Assembly (NCBI RefSeq): GCF_044647545.1
Contig: NZ_CP172818.1
DNA length: 64,000 nt
DNA from: Escherichia coli
GTDB lineage: Bacteria > Pseudomonadota > Gammaproteobacteria > Enterobacterales > Enterobacteriaceae
Strand: one strand, 5' to 3'
Below the pieces are notes generated by a model. The model searched no databases and was not told where the DNA came from. It was given only the letters and a program-made list of their open reading frames with translations. The translations under genes and the position numbers were made by a program. Positions 1-16,107 of the stretch are shown here, in pieces; within the stretch, counting starts at the first letter, position 1, and every line of letters starts with the position of its first letter.

Positions 1-1
1 G

Positions 2-937
2 GAGTACGGCTTCCGCCTGCCATCAGCGCTGGATAACCGTCCGCTGAAATTTGAAGAGTTCGAAGCATTAGCGCCGCAAACCATCTATGTTTCGGCGACG
101 CCGGGTAATTACGAGCTGGAAAAATCCGGCGGCGATGTGGTGGATCAGGTGGTGCGTCCAACAGGCTTACTTGACCCGATTATTGAAGTGCGTCCGGTAG
201 CGACACAGGTCGATGATCTTCTATCGGAGATTCGTCAGCGAGCGGCAATTAACGAACGCGTACTGGTTACAACTCTGACCAAGCGGATGGCGGAAGATCT
301 CACTGAATATCTCGAAGAACACGGTGAGCGCGTGCGTTATCTTCACTCAGATATCGACACCGTCGAACGTATGGAGATTATCCGCGACTTGCGTCTGGGT
401 GAGTTCGACGTATTGGTAGGGATCAACTTACTGCGCGAAGGTCTGGATATGCCGGAAGTGTCGCTGGTGGCGATCCTCGACGCTGACAAAGAAGGCTTCC
501 TGCGTTCCGAACGTTCGTTGATCCAGACCATTGGTCGTGCGGCACGTAACGTTAACGGTAAAGCGATTCTCTACGGCGATAAGATCACCCCATCAATGGC
601 GAAAGCGATTGGCGAAACCGAACGTCGCCGCGAGAAACAGCAGAAGTACAACGAGGAACACGGCATTACGCCGCAAGGCTTGAACAAGAAAGTGGTCGAT
701 ATCCTGGCGCTGGGGCAGAACATTGCCAAAACCAAAGCGAAGGGCAGAGGAAAATCGCGCCCGATTGTTGAGCCAGATAATGTGCCGATGGATATGTCGC
801 CTAAAGCGTTGCAGCAGAAGATCCATGAACTGGAAGGGTTGATGATGCAACACGCGCAGAATCTGGAGTTCGAAGAAGCGGCGCAAATTCGTGACCAGTT
901 GCATCAGCTGCGTGAGCTGTTTATTGCCGCGTCGTGA
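2..937 (+). CDS. uvrB: Excinuclease ABC subunit B, C-terminal part (5' end lies outside the window)
   Basis: Open frame from window start; translation matches the UvrB C-terminus ending ...[12 protein letters not shown]; stop at 935-937. Confidence 0.95.
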
Positions 938-943
938 CAAGAA

Positions 944-970
944 CGAAGCCGGAATATTCTTCCGGCTTCG
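944..970. terminator. Bidirectional stem-loop between convergent uvrB and ybhK
   Basis: Inverted repeat cgaagccggaa / ttccggcttcg with 5-nt loop, directly after the uvrB stop and 3 nt before the ybhK stop. Confidence 0.6.
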
Positions 971-972
971 TG

Positions 973-1941
<969 letters not shown>

Positions 1942-2139
1942 TTAACCTGCCAATATTGAGGATACAAACTATTTTCTTCTACCTCTAAAGGACGATGTAC
2001 GCTATGCCTTCCTGATGATGTATATCAAAGTAAAACCGCCATTTTCCCTTATTCTGTAGCGAAATAGCACGATCATGACGCTATATACATGATTACATAG
2101 CGAAAGTGTGGATGGTAAAAATCTCATTTACACGCTAGT

Positions 2140-2277
2140 ATCGGCTTAACCACTAAACACTCTAGCCTCTGCACCTGGGTCAACTGATACGGTGCTTTGG
2201 CCGTGACAATGCTCGTAAAGATTGCCACCAGGGCGAAGGAAGAAATGACTTCGCCTCCCGTATCTGGAAAGGTGTAC
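2140..2277 (+). ncRNA. Molybdenum-cofactor (Moco) riboswitch in the moaA 5' leader
   Basis: About 140 nt structured leader immediately upstream of the moaA ATG; position matches the known E. coli moaABCDE Moco RNA element; boundaries approximate. Confidence 0.55.
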
Positions 2278-3267
2278 ATGGCTTCACAACTGACTGATGC
2301 ATTTGCGCGTAAGTTTTACTACTTGCGCCTGTCGATTACCGATGTGTGTAACTTTCGTTGCACCTACTGCCTGCCGGATGGCTACAAACCGAGCGGCGTC
2401 ACCAATAAAGGCTTTCTTACCGTCGATGAAATTCGCCGGGTTACGCGCGCCTTCGCCAGTCTTGGCACCGAAAAAGTCCGTCTGACGGGCGGTGAGCCAT
2501 CTTTACGCCGCGACTTTACCGATATCATCGCCGCTGTGCGAGAAAACGACGCTATCCGCCAGATTGCGGTCACCACCAATGGTTACCGTCTGGAACGCGA
2601 TGTGGCGAACTGGCGCGATGCTGGACTTACTGGCATCAACGTCAGCGTTGATAGCCTTGACGCTCGCCAGTTTCATGCCATTACCGGGCAGGATAAATTC
2701 AACCAGGTCATGGCAGGGATCGATGCTGCATTTGAGGCCGGTTTTGAGAAGGTCAAAGTCAATACCGTGCTGATGCGTGATGTTAATCATCATCAGCTCG
2801 ACACCTTTCTGAACTGGATCCAGCATCGCCCTATCCAGCTGCGTTTCATCGAATTGATGGAAACGGGCGAGGGCAGCGAGCTCTTCCGTAAGCATCACAT
2901 CTCTGGTCAGGTTCTGCGGGACGAGCTACTGCGTCGCGGCTGGATCCACCAATTACGTCAACGCAGCGACGGTCCCGCGCAAGTCTTTTGTCATCCGGAT
3001 TACGCCGGAGAGATTGGCCTTATCATGCCGTATGAAAAAGACTTCTGCGCCACTTGCAACCGCCTGCGCGTTTCCTCCATTGGTAAACTCCATCTCTGCC
3101 TGTTTGGTGAAGGCGGCGTTAACCTGCGCGATCTGCTGGAAGACGATACCCAGCAACAGGCGCTGGAAGCGCGTATTTCAGCGGCGCTGCGGGAGAAAAA
3201 ACAGACCCATTTCCTGCATCAAAACAACACCGGTATTACGCAAAACTTATCGTACATTGGTGGCTAA
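2278..3267 (+). CDS. moaA: GTP 3',8-cyclase (radical SAM), molybdopterin biosynthesis
   Basis: 329 aa from ATG at 2278; CxxxCxxC radical-SAM motif (CNFRCTYC). Confidence 0.95.
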
Positions 3268-3288
3268 AACGTCAAAAGGAGAGATCAG

Positions 3289-3801
3289 ATGAGTCAGGTA
3301 AGCACTGAATTTATCCCGACCCGTATTGCTATTCTTACGGTTTCTAATCGTCGCGGTGAAGAAGACGATACCTCCGGTCACTATCTGCGCGACTCGGCGC
3401 AAGAAGCGGGCCATCACGTTGTCGATAAAGCCATTGTGAAAGAAAACCGCTACGCTATTCGCGCTCAGGTATCTGCGTGGATCGCCAGCGACGATGTACA
3501 AGTGGTGTTGATTACGGGTGGTACTGGCCTGACGGAAGGAGATCAGGCTCCCGAAGCGCTGCTGCCGTTGTTCGACCGTGAAGTTGAAGGTTTTGGTGAA
3601 GTGTTCCGGATGTTGTCGTTCGAAGAGATTGGCACTTCCACGTTGCAATCTCGTGCGGTAGCGGGCGTCGCTAACAAAACGCTGATTTTCGCCATGCCGG
3701 GTTCGACCAAAGCGTGCCGTACCGCATGGGAAAATATCATTGCGCCGCAGCTGGATGCCCGTACGCGTCCGTGTAATTTCCATCCACATTTGAAGAAATA
3801 A
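3289..3801 (+). CDS. moaB: Molybdenum cofactor biosynthesis protein B
   Basis: 170 aa ORF, operon position after moaA. Confidence 0.95.
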
Positions 3802-3803
3802 GT

Positions 3804-4289
3804 ATGTCGCAACTGACCCATATCAACGCCGCTGGCGAAGCGCACATGGTGGATGTCTCCGCCAAAGCGGAAACCGTGCGTGAAGCGCGCGCCGAAGCCT
3901 TTGTCACCATGCGCAGCGAGACGCTGGCGATGATTATTGATGGTCGCCACCACAAAGGCGACGTATTTGCCACTGCGCGTATTGCCGGTATTCAGGCGGC
4001 AAAACGCACCTGGGATCTGATCCCGCTGTGTCACCCGCTGATGCTCAGCAAAGTTGAAGTCAATTTACAGGCTGAGCCGGAGCACAATCGGGTACGTATA
4101 GAAACCTTATGCCGCCTGACCGGGAAAACCGGTGTCGAAATGGAAGCATTAACCGCGGCCTCCGTGGCGGCGCTGACCATTTATGACATGTGCAAAGCGG
4201 TGCAAAAAGATATGGTGATTGGTCCGGTACGTTTGCTGGCAAAGAGCGGCGGCAAATCAGGTGACTTTAAGGTGGAAGCGGATGATTAA
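3804..4289 (+). CDS. moaC: Cyclic pyranopterin monophosphate synthase
   Basis: 161 aa ORF, expected length. Confidence 0.95.
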
Positions 4290-4527
4290 AGTTCTTTTTT
4301 TCGCCCAGGTGCGCGAGTTGGTGGGAACAGATGCAACCGAAGTAGCTGCGGATTTCCCAACCGTTGAAGCGTTACGCCAACATCTGGCTGCGCAGAGCGA
4401 TCGCTGGGCGCTGGCGCTGGAAGATGGCAAATTGCTGGCTGCTGTCAACCAGACGCTGGTGAGTTTTGACCATCCGCTGACTGACGGCGACGAAGTGGCT
4501 TTCTTCCCGCCGGTAACCGGAGGTTAA
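4282..4527 (+). CDS. moaD: Molybdopterin synthase sulfur-carrier subunit
   Basis: 81 aa from internal Met ([13 protein letters not shown]...), C-terminal GG; overlaps moaC end. Confidence 0.9.
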
Positions 4528-4528
4528 G

Positions 4529-4981
4529 ATGGCAGAAACCAAAATTGTTATCGGCCCGCAGCCGTTCAGCGTAGGAGAAGAGTATCCGTGGCTGGCGGAG
4601 CGTGATGAAGACGGTGCGGTAGTCACCTTTACCGGTAAGGTGCGCAACCATAACCTTGGCGACAGCGTCAAAGCATTAACCCTCGAACACTATCCGGGGA
4701 TGACTGAAAAAGCACTGGCAGAAATTGTCGATGAAGCGCGTAACCGCTGGCCGCTGGGGCGCGTCACGGTGATTCACCGCATCGGGGAATTATGGCCGGG
4801 CGATGAAATCGTTTTTGTCGGTGTCACCAGTGCGCATCGCAGCAGTGCGTTTGAAGCCGGGCAGTTTATTATGGATTATCTCAAAACCCGCGCACCGTTC
4901 TGGAAGCGCGAAGCCACGCCGGAAGGCGACCGCTGGGTCGAAGCTCGGGAGAGCGATCAGCAGGCGGCAAAACGCTGGTAG
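4529..4981 (+). CDS. moaE: Molybdopterin synthase catalytic subunit
   Basis: 150 aa ORF starting 2 nt after moaD stop. Confidence 0.95.
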   Translation: MAETKIVIGPQPFSVGEEYPWLAERDEDGAVVTFTGKVRNHNLGDSVKALTLEHYPGMTEKALAEIVDEARNRWPLGRVTVIHRIGELWPGDEIVFVGVTSAHRSSAFEAGQFIMDYLKTRAPFWKREATPEGDRWVEARESDQQAAKRW

Positions 4982-4991
4982 TTTTTTGTTA

Positions 4992-5019
4992 GCCGGATAA
5001 GGCACCGCTGCGTCCGGCA
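4992..5019. repeat. REP (repetitive extragenic palindromic) element after moaE
   Basis: gccggataaggcaccgctgcgtccggc, typical REP palindrome. Confidence 0.7.
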
Positions 5020-5117
5020 ATTTCACCGCTCAGTATATGCGTTTACGCTGCGTCGATGCACAGCCTCATCATTTTGCAGTATCCTTAAGATATTCCTTAT
5101 ATCTTCAGGAGATCGTC

Positions 5118-5822
5118 ATGGACAGATTCCCACGTTCTGATTCAATCGTACAAACCCGAACTGGCCTGCAAACCTATATGGCACAGGTCTATGGCTGGAT
5201 GACAGTAGGCTTGCTGCTTACTGCGTTTGTTGCCTGGTATGCGGCTAATTCCGCGGCCGTTATGGAGCTATTATTCACCAACCGCATCTTTTTAATTGGT
5301 CTGGTAATAGCACAATTAGCTCTGGTTATTGTGTTATCAGCGATGATTCAAAAGCTGAGCGCAGGTGTAACGACGATGCTCTTTATGCTTTATTCCGCGC
5401 TGACTGGCCTGACGCTTTCCAGTATTTTCATTGTCTATACCGCTGCTTCTATCGCCAGTACTTTCGTCGTTACTGCCGGGATGTTCGGCGCAATGAGCCT
5501 GTACGGTTACACCACGAAGCGCGATCTAAGTGGTTTCGGCAATATGCTGTTTATGGCGTTGATCGGCATTGTGCTGGCATCGCTGGTCAACTTCTGGCTG
5601 AAAAGCGAAGCGTTGATGTGGGCAGTCACATACATCGGCGTGATTGTCTTTGTCGGATTGACGGCGTATGACACCCAGAAACTGAAAAATATGGGTGAGC
5701 AGATTGATACCCGCGACACGTCGAACCTGCGCAAATATTCCATTCTTGGCGCGTTGACCTTGTATCTGGACTTCATCAACCTGTTCCTGATGTTGCTGCG
5801 GATCTTCGGCAACCGCCGTTAA
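5118..5822 (+). CDS. ybhL: BAX-inhibitor-1 (TMBIM) family inner membrane protein
   Basis: 234 aa from internal Met (MDRFPRSDS...); multi-pass hydrophobic protein. Confidence 0.9.
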   Translation: MDRFPRSDSIVQTRTGLQTYMAQVYGWMTVGLLLTAFVAWYAANSAAVMELLFTNRIFLIGLVIAQLALVIVLSAMIQKLSAGVTTMLFMLYSALTGLTLSSIFIVYTAASIASTFVVTAGMFGAMSLYGYTTKRDLSGFGNMLFMALIGIVLASLVNFWLKSEALMWAVTYIGVIVFVGLTAYDTQKLKNMGEQIDTRDTSNLRKYSILGALTLYLDFINLFLMLLRIFGNRR

Positions 5823-5841
5823 TTCTTTTTTCACCATCAAT

Positions 5842-5868
5842 ATCCCGGCCTGGTGCCGGGATTTTTTT
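5842..5868 (+). terminator. Rho-independent terminator of ybhL
   Basis: cccggc-ctggt-gccggg hairpin followed by a T7 run. Confidence 0.8.
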
Positions 5869-6028
5869 CTTACTAAAAACGACACTTAACAAGTACCAGG
5901 TATAAAATATGCCTTATGGCCGAGCGGAAGTGTTTTCTGTATCCATAAATGCAAAAGTATTTTGTATGCGTGGTTTTAAATTTATTGATGGTGAATATTA
6001 ATGTTTTTTTCTAAGGACAACAAAAAGA

Positions 6029-6742
6029 ATGGAATCATTCTCACAAAATAGCAATAAATTAGATTTTCAGCACGAAGCCAGGATATTAAACGGCATATGG
6101 CTCATTACCGCTTTGGGTTTGGTGGCAACCGCAGGGCTGGCCTGGGGCGCTAAGTATCTCGAAATTACGGCAACAAAATATGATTCACCGCAAATGTATA
6201 TTGCTATAGGATTATTATTACTTTGTATGTATGGCTTAAGTAAGGATATCAACAAGATAAATGCCGCCATCGCAGGCGTAATATATCTGTTTTTAATCTC
6301 TTTGGTGGCGATTGTCGTTGCGAGTTTAGCGCCTGTATCTGCCATTATCGTCGTGTTCAGCACTGCGGGATCGATGTTTTTAATCAGTATGCTGGCAGGT
6401 CTATTGTTTAAATTTGATCCTGGTTCTCACCGTTTTATCATTATGATGACGTTGGCAGGGTTGGCCCTGGTAATCATCGTGAATGCCACATTAATGAGTG
6501 AACGACCCATTTGGGTAATAAGTTGCTTAATGATTGTCTTATGGTCAGGCATTATCTCGCATGGACGAAATAAGCTCCTTGAATTGACAGGAAAAAGCCA
6601 TAGTGAAGAATTATGGAGTCCGGTTCGTTGTGCTTTTATAGGTGCATTAACACTCTATTACTATTTTATCGGCTTCTTTGGGATTCTTGCCGCTATAGCT
6701 ATAACGCTTGTCTGGCAAAGGCATACGCGGTTTTTTCATTAG
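6029..6742 (+). CDS. ybhM: BAX-inhibitor-1-like inner membrane protein
   Basis: 237 aa hydrophobic ORF. Confidence 0.85.
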   Translation: MESFSQNSNKLDFQHEARILNGIWLITALGLVATAGLAWGAKYLEITATKYDSPQMYIAIGLLLLCMYGLSKDINKINAAIAGVIYLFLISLVAIVVASLAPVSAIIVVFSTAGSMFLISMLAGLLFKFDPGSHRFIIMMTLAGLALVIIVNATLMSERPIWVISCLMIVLWSGIISHGRNKLLELTGKSHSEELWSPVRCAFIGALTLYYYFIGFFGILAAIAITLVWQRHTRFFH

Positions 6743-6777
6743 CCGTAAATGCACATACTAAAGAACTTAACTATACT

Positions 6778-7734
6778 TCACATCGCCGCTTCATTTTTCG
6801 CCCGCAGCTTCTTCGCCTGGCTTTCCAGTACCAGATAGCAAACCAGCGCCAGCAGCAGCGGGATAAAGTAATACAGCACACGGTAAGCGAGTAGGGCGGC
6901 GATAATTGTGCCCTTGGATGTATGCTCCCCAGCCAGTAGCGCGATAAACACCGCTTCCAGCACACCAATCCCCGCTGGAATATGCACGATGACGCCAGCA
7001 ATACTACTAACCAGTAACACGCCCAGTACAAAGAAATAGTTCACGCTTTGACCAAGTAACAGCCAGATAATCGCCCCCATTACCATCCAGTTAACACTGG
7101 AAATCAGCATTTGGGCGAGGGCGAATTTCCATGAAGGCAGCACCAGTTTTTGTCCTTTGATGGTCATATGGCGGTGCTTCGCGAAAGCGCAAAACCACAA
7201 ATAAACCGCGATAATCATCAGTAAGCCAATGCCGAGAATGCGCAGCGTGGTTTGATCGACATACCAGTGGTCCGGCAACTCCACCACGCCTGCGGTAAAG
7301 ATAACCCCCGCTAGCAAAATATAGCCTAGCCAGTTGGTGGTAATACTGAGCGAAAAAATCCGCGTAATAGTGCTGCCCGGTAACCCCAGTCGGGAGTACA
7401 AACGATAGCGCATACCAATGCCGCCGACCCAGGTACTGAGTGTCAGGTTGAAGGCGTAGCAGATAAACGACACCAGCATCACCTGGCGCTTCGCCAGTTT
7501 GTGACCGCAGTAGAAACGGGCGAGCAGGTCGTAGCAACCGTAAATCAGATAACTGACGACCACCAGCCCGACCGCACTAAGCAGCGCAACGCGATTGTAG
7601 TCGCGGATGACCTTCCAGACCTCTTCCCAGTCCACTTTTTTGGCGTAGACCACCAACAACACAATCACCGCGATAAAAAACAGCCAGGTGAGGAGTTTCT
7701 TTGCTAAGCGCCAGCGTGGGTGTGATTTACTCAT
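6778..7734 (-). CDS. ybhN: Inner membrane protein (lysylphosphatidylglycerol-synthase-like TM region family)
   Basis: 318 aa ORF; start shares one nucleotide with the clsB stop. Confidence 0.9.
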   Translation of the reverse strand: MSKSHPRWRLAKKLLTWLFFIAVIVLLVVYAKKVDWEEVWKVIRDYNRVALLSAVGLVVVSYLIYGCYDLLARFYCGHKLAKRQVMLVSFICYAFNLTLSTWVGGIGMRYRLYSRLGLPGSTITRIFSLSITTNWLGYILLAGVIFTAGVVELPDHWYVDQTTLRILGIGLLMIIAVYLWFCAFAKHRHMTIKGQKLVLPSWKFALAQMLISSVNWMVMGAIIWLLLGQSVNYFFVLGVLLVSSIAGVIVHIPAGIGVLEAVFIALLAGEHTSKGTIIAALLAYRVLYYFIPLLLALVCYLVLESQAKKLRAKNEAAM

Positions 7735-8975
7735 CAGGGTTTTACCCCCGTGTTTTCAGTTTCTACCCGATCCTGCGTTTCCATTGTCGGTTGTGCGGGG
7801 GGATCAACCTGCGCCAGACGTGGCGTGTGTGCCGGAAGCCAGCCAACCAGCGCCGGGAAGTGGCGTAAAAAGTGGAACGCCAGCACGCTTTTAGTCAGGT
7901 TCCACCAGGTGCGTTTGGGCAGCATGGTTTCATCCACCTGCTGACAATCTGCGGCGATGATGCCGTTCAGATTATCGCGCAGCGTCTGGTTAAAATGACG
8001 ATCGTGGATGATGACATTTGCTTCGAGATTCAGTGACAAACTGAGCGGATCGAGATTACTGGACCCTACTGTCGCCCAGTGATCGTCCATCAATGCTACT
8101 TTGCCGTGGAGCGGGCGGCGGCGGTACTCAAAAACCTGAACGCCGCCTTTAACCAGATAGTTATACAGCAAACGCGCACCGACTCTGACAATCGGCATAT
8201 CCGGTTCGCCCTGAATGATCAGTTTGATCCGCACCCCGCGCCGTGCCGCTTTACGCAAGGCGTGTAAAAATCGATAGCCGGGGAAGAAGTAGGCGTTGGC
8301 GATAATCACTTCTCGCCGCGCCTGAGTGAGCATTTTCAGATAGTGACGTTCAATATCATCGCGATGTTCTTCGTTATCGCGCCAGACCAGCAATACCTGC
8401 GCTTCTCCCGGCTGGCGGTTCTCTTCCGCTTTGTGATGACGTCGCCACCAGCGTCGTGCCGCGCTCTGTCCTGGCAGGTTTTCCAGTTCAAATTGCAGAA
8501 TATCTTCGACAATCGGCCCTTCAAGGCGCACCGCGTAATCCTGTTTAGCCTCTGGACCGTAGCTGGACATATGCTCGGCGGAGTAATTCAGCCCGCCAAT
8601 AAAGGCGATAAGCGCGTCGATCACCACAATTTTGCGATGCATCCGGCGAAACACATTGGTGCGCATACCAAAAAGGCGCGGGCGGGGATCGTAGTAGCGA
8701 AATACCACGCCAGCTGCCGTCAGTTCATTGACAAACTCATCGCTGAGATCCGGCGAACCGTAGCCATCCAGCAAGACTTCCGCTTTCACCCCGCGTTGCG
8801 CTGCTGCCAGTAGCGCCGCATGCAGCTGTTTGCCGACGTCATCCTCAAACCAGATAAACGTTTCAAGAATGATGCGTTCTTGCGCCTCGCCAATCGCCTT
8901 AAACACCGCGGGATAATATTGCTCGCCGTTTTCCAGCAACTGGATCTTATTGCCTTCGCGCCAGCTACATTTCAT
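7734..8975 (-). CDS. clsB: Cardiolipin synthase B (phospholipase D family)
   Basis: 413 aa ORF with HxK-type PLD motifs; overlaps ybhP. Confidence 0.95.
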
Positions 8976-9733
8976 AAATGAATCTCCGCACTTAAAGGGG
9001 CATGATCAGAAAGGTGTCGCCATGTCCGCAGCGGCAACGCGGTTGGCGCGCTGGCGCTGGCATTTTTGACGTAGATCCTGTCCAGTCGTAGTAGAGGAAA
9101 TTGCACCGGAAACGTGCGCGCCGGGCGTCCGTGGGCGCGGGTAAAAATCTCATCCAGTCCGGCCTGCACTTTTAACGGATGATTAGCTTTTTGCCGCCAG
9201 TCATTGAAATCACCCGCCACCAATACCGGTTCGCCGTCCGGTAGCTCATTCACCCATTCGGCGAGCATCGCAAGCTGCGCCTGACGGTGCGCCTCACGCA
9301 GGCCCAGATGTACGCACATCACATGAATCGCTTTCCCGGTCATCGGCGGCACAATGCGGCAGTAGAGCACGCCGCGCTTTTCCGCACCATCGACCGAAAC
9401 ATCACGATTCTCATAATGTTCAATGGGATAACGTGAAAGAACCGCATTACCGTGATGTCCTTCCGGGTATACGGCATTGCGACCGTAGGCGAAATCGCTC
9501 CACATGGTGTCGGCGAGAAACTCGTAGTGCGAGGTATCGGGCCAGTTTTCCACATGCAGCGGATGAACTTCGTGCGCGCCCATCACTTCCTGCAGGCAAA
9601 CAATATCGGCACTGACGGTACGCACGGCGTCGCGAAGTTCCGGCAAAATGAAGCGTCGGTTAAACGCGGTAAAGCCTTTGTGAATATTGATGGTGAGCAC
9701 CTTGAACGAAAATTGTTGTGTTTGATCGGGCAT
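8972..9733 (-). CDS. ybhP: Endonuclease/exonuclease/phosphatase family protein
   Basis: 253 aa ORF, first gene of the ybhP-clsB-ybhN operon. Confidence 0.9.
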
Positions 9734-9865
9734 AATTTTCCTGTCTTTGCCTCTTATCTCATTGAAATAGTGTAGTCGGCGTCACAAAAAGGTGCGGTCT
9801 TACGGAATTTTCCGTAAAGTTCGGTACTCTGAATAAGTAGAGATAAATTCTTCAGGAGAGAAGCC

Positions 9866-10276
9866 ATGAAGTGGCAACAACGTGTTCGTGTCGCAACGGG
9901 TCTAAGTTGCTGGCAGATTATGTTGCATTTACTGGTAGTGGCGCTGCTGGTGGTGGGCTGGATGAGTAAGACTCTGGTTCACGTCGGCGTGGGATTATGC
10001 GCACTGTATTGTGTCACGGTAGTGATGATGCTGGTGTTTCAGCGCCACCCCGAGCAACGCTGGCGTGAGGTGGCAGACGTGCTGGAAGAGCTGACCACGA
10101 CCTGGTATTTTGGTGCAGCGCTGATTGTGCTGTGGCTGTTGTCCCGCGTACTGGAAAACAACTTTTTGCTGGCAATTGCAGGGCTGGCAATCCTTGCTGG
10201 CCCGGCGGTAGTGTCTTTGCTGGCGAAAGATAAGAAGTTACATCACCTTACGTCTAAACATCGCGTACGCCGCTGA
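9866..10276 (+). CDS. ybhQ: Inner membrane protein
   Basis: 136 aa hydrophobic ORF; 3' end overlaps convergent ybhR. Confidence 0.85.
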
Positions 10277-11344
10277 CCCTGTCGTGGCCGTTATCACCAG
10301 TAGCGGCCACAAACTATTCCACACAATATCCAGACTCGCATCCTTCAAATAAATCTGCTTGGTAATGTCCGTAAAGTGGCGAATAGGGTTAATCCACGTC
10401 AGATTTTGCAGCCACACTGGCATGTTTTCCACCGGCGAAACGTAACCGGAAAGGAGAATGGCGGGCATCATAAAGACAAACACGCCGATAAACGCCTGCT
10501 GTTGTGTCGAGCAGAGTGATGAAATCAACAGACCGAAGCCTACCAGCGATAAACCGTAAATCACCATCGTAAAGTAGAACAGCGCCAGCGATCCGGCGAA
10601 GGGGATTTGATACGCCCAGATACCAATCGCCAGCACAATGGTGGCCTGGAAGGTGGCGACAATTAATGCCGGTACGGCCTTGCCGATGAATATCTGCCAG
10701 GTGGTGAGCGGCGAAACCAGTAACTGATCGAGCGTACCTTGTTCACGTTCGCGGGCGACGGAAAGTGAAGTGACGATCATTACGCCGATAGTGGTGATCA
10801 TGGCGATCAGCGACGGCACCACAAACCATTTGTAGTCGAGATTCGGGTTATACCAGTTGCGTACCACCAGCTCGCTGTTGTTGGGTTTCGGTTTTCCTTC
10901 CAGCAGCTCCTGCTGATAATTTTTGACGATCTGTTGCAGGTAGTTGGCGGCAATTTGCGCACTGTTGGAGTTACGCCCGTCTAGGATCAACTGTAACGGC
11001 GCGGTCTGGAAGGTATCCAGTTTGCGCGAGAAGTCAGCCGGGAAACGCACCAGGAGTAACGCCTTTTGTGTGTCGATGGTCGGGCGGATCTCCTGCGGGC
11101 TTTTCAGCAGCAGCACATGGGTAAAGGCGCTGGCGCGGGCAAAACGTTGGGTCAGCTCCACCGAATGCTCGCCGTTATCTTCATCGTAGATGGCGATGGT
11201 GGCGTTAGTCACTTCCAGCGTGGCGGCGAACGGGAACAGGATCACCTGAATCAGCACGGGTAAAATAAGAATCGCACGGGTTTGCGGTTCGCGCAGCAGC
11301 GACTGCAACTCTTTGCGGATTAACGTCCATAAGCGATGAAACAT
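10238..11344 (-). CDS. ybhR: ABC-2 type efflux permease
   Basis: 368 aa ORF. Confidence 0.9.
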
Positions 11345-11354
11345 GCTCTTCTCC

Positions 11355-12480
11355 CTAATCCAGCCGACGTTTGGTTTTCAGCCACGTCAGGCCGATAAAC
11401 ATCACCGCCGAAGCGATCAAAAACAGCACGTTTACCACCAGCACCACTGGAATATTCCCGGCGAGGAACAGGCTTTGCAGGGTGCTGACGAAATAACGAG
11501 CGGGAATAATGTACGTCACCGCGCGGATCACCGCGGGCATACTGTCGATCTGAAAAATAAAGCCGGAAAGCATAATCGACGGCAGGAACGCGGCGTTCAG
11601 GGCGACCTGAGCGGCATTGAACTGGTTGCGGGTAATCGTGGAAATCAGTAGCCCCATCCCCAGGGTACTGAGTAAAAACAGGCTGGAGATAAAAAACAGA
11701 ATCAGCAGCGACCCGCGATACGGCACGCCGAGAATAAACACCGACACCAGCATACACAGCAACATCGCCAGCATCCCGAGAAAGTAATAAGGGATCAGCT
11801 TACACAGCAGCAGCTCCGTGCGGGTAATCTCCGTAGAGAGCAAAGCCTCCATGGTGCCGCGTTCCCATTCTCGCGCCACCACCAGCGAGGTGAGAATCGC
11901 ACCGATGACCGTCATGATAATAGTCACCGCACCGGGGATAATAAAGTGCTGGCTTATCGCCGCCGGGTTAAACCAGTAGCGGGTTTGTACATCAATAAGC
12001 GGTTCAAAAGTCTGCCCGTTATCCTCCGCGCGCTGCATTTGCCAGATCTGCCAGATCCCTTCGACATACCCCTGCACAAAGTTAGCGGTATTCGGCTCAC
12101 TGCCGTCGGTGATCACCTGAATCGGTGCAATGGCGTTGGCGCGCTCCATCTGTTCGGCGAAATCCACCGGAATAACCACCAGACCGCGAATTTTCCCCGC
12201 CTGCATTTTGGCGATCAGTTCCTGACGGTTATCGCTGATGGTGGCGTCGATGTAGGGCGAACCGGTCATGGTGTGGGTGAAATCCAGCGCCGCTTCGCTA
12301 CGCTGTTCCAGTAAAATCCCGACCCGCAGCTTGCTGGAGTCGAGGTTAATGCCGTAACCAAAAATAAACAGCAGTAGCAGCGGGATCACCACCGCAATCA
12401 GCCAGCTACTCGGATCGCGAACGATCTGCCGCGTCTCTTTGACGCACAGTGCCCGCACGCGACGCCAGGACAGGATCGGA

Positions 12481-12488
<8 letters not shown>
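11355..12488 (-). CDS. ybhS: ABC-2 type efflux permease
   Basis: ORF 11355..12494; start trimmed to give the expected 377 aa. Confidence 0.9.
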
Positions 12489-15879
<3,391 letters not shown>

Positions 15880-16107
15880 CGCACAGTCCATTCTTAATCA
15901 AATGATTGATTAAGATTATGACTCCATAGGGGAGTTGTCCAGTATGGCTAAGAATTTTAGCTACGCCAGTCACAGGGATAATTTATGCGCTGCGTCACAA
16001 AAACTGCTACACTCCGCTCCCTCATGACATTGTGGTTTTTGTCATTTTCCTTTTCAGTATCTCCCTGAAAACTACACCGGTAACGGTCGGGGCGGTTCGG
16101 AGTAGTT

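Noticed and set aside
2197-2277. Upstream in-frame extension of moaA (356 aa ORF)
   Set aside because: It overlaps the structured leader; the ATG at 2278 gives the expected 329 aa.
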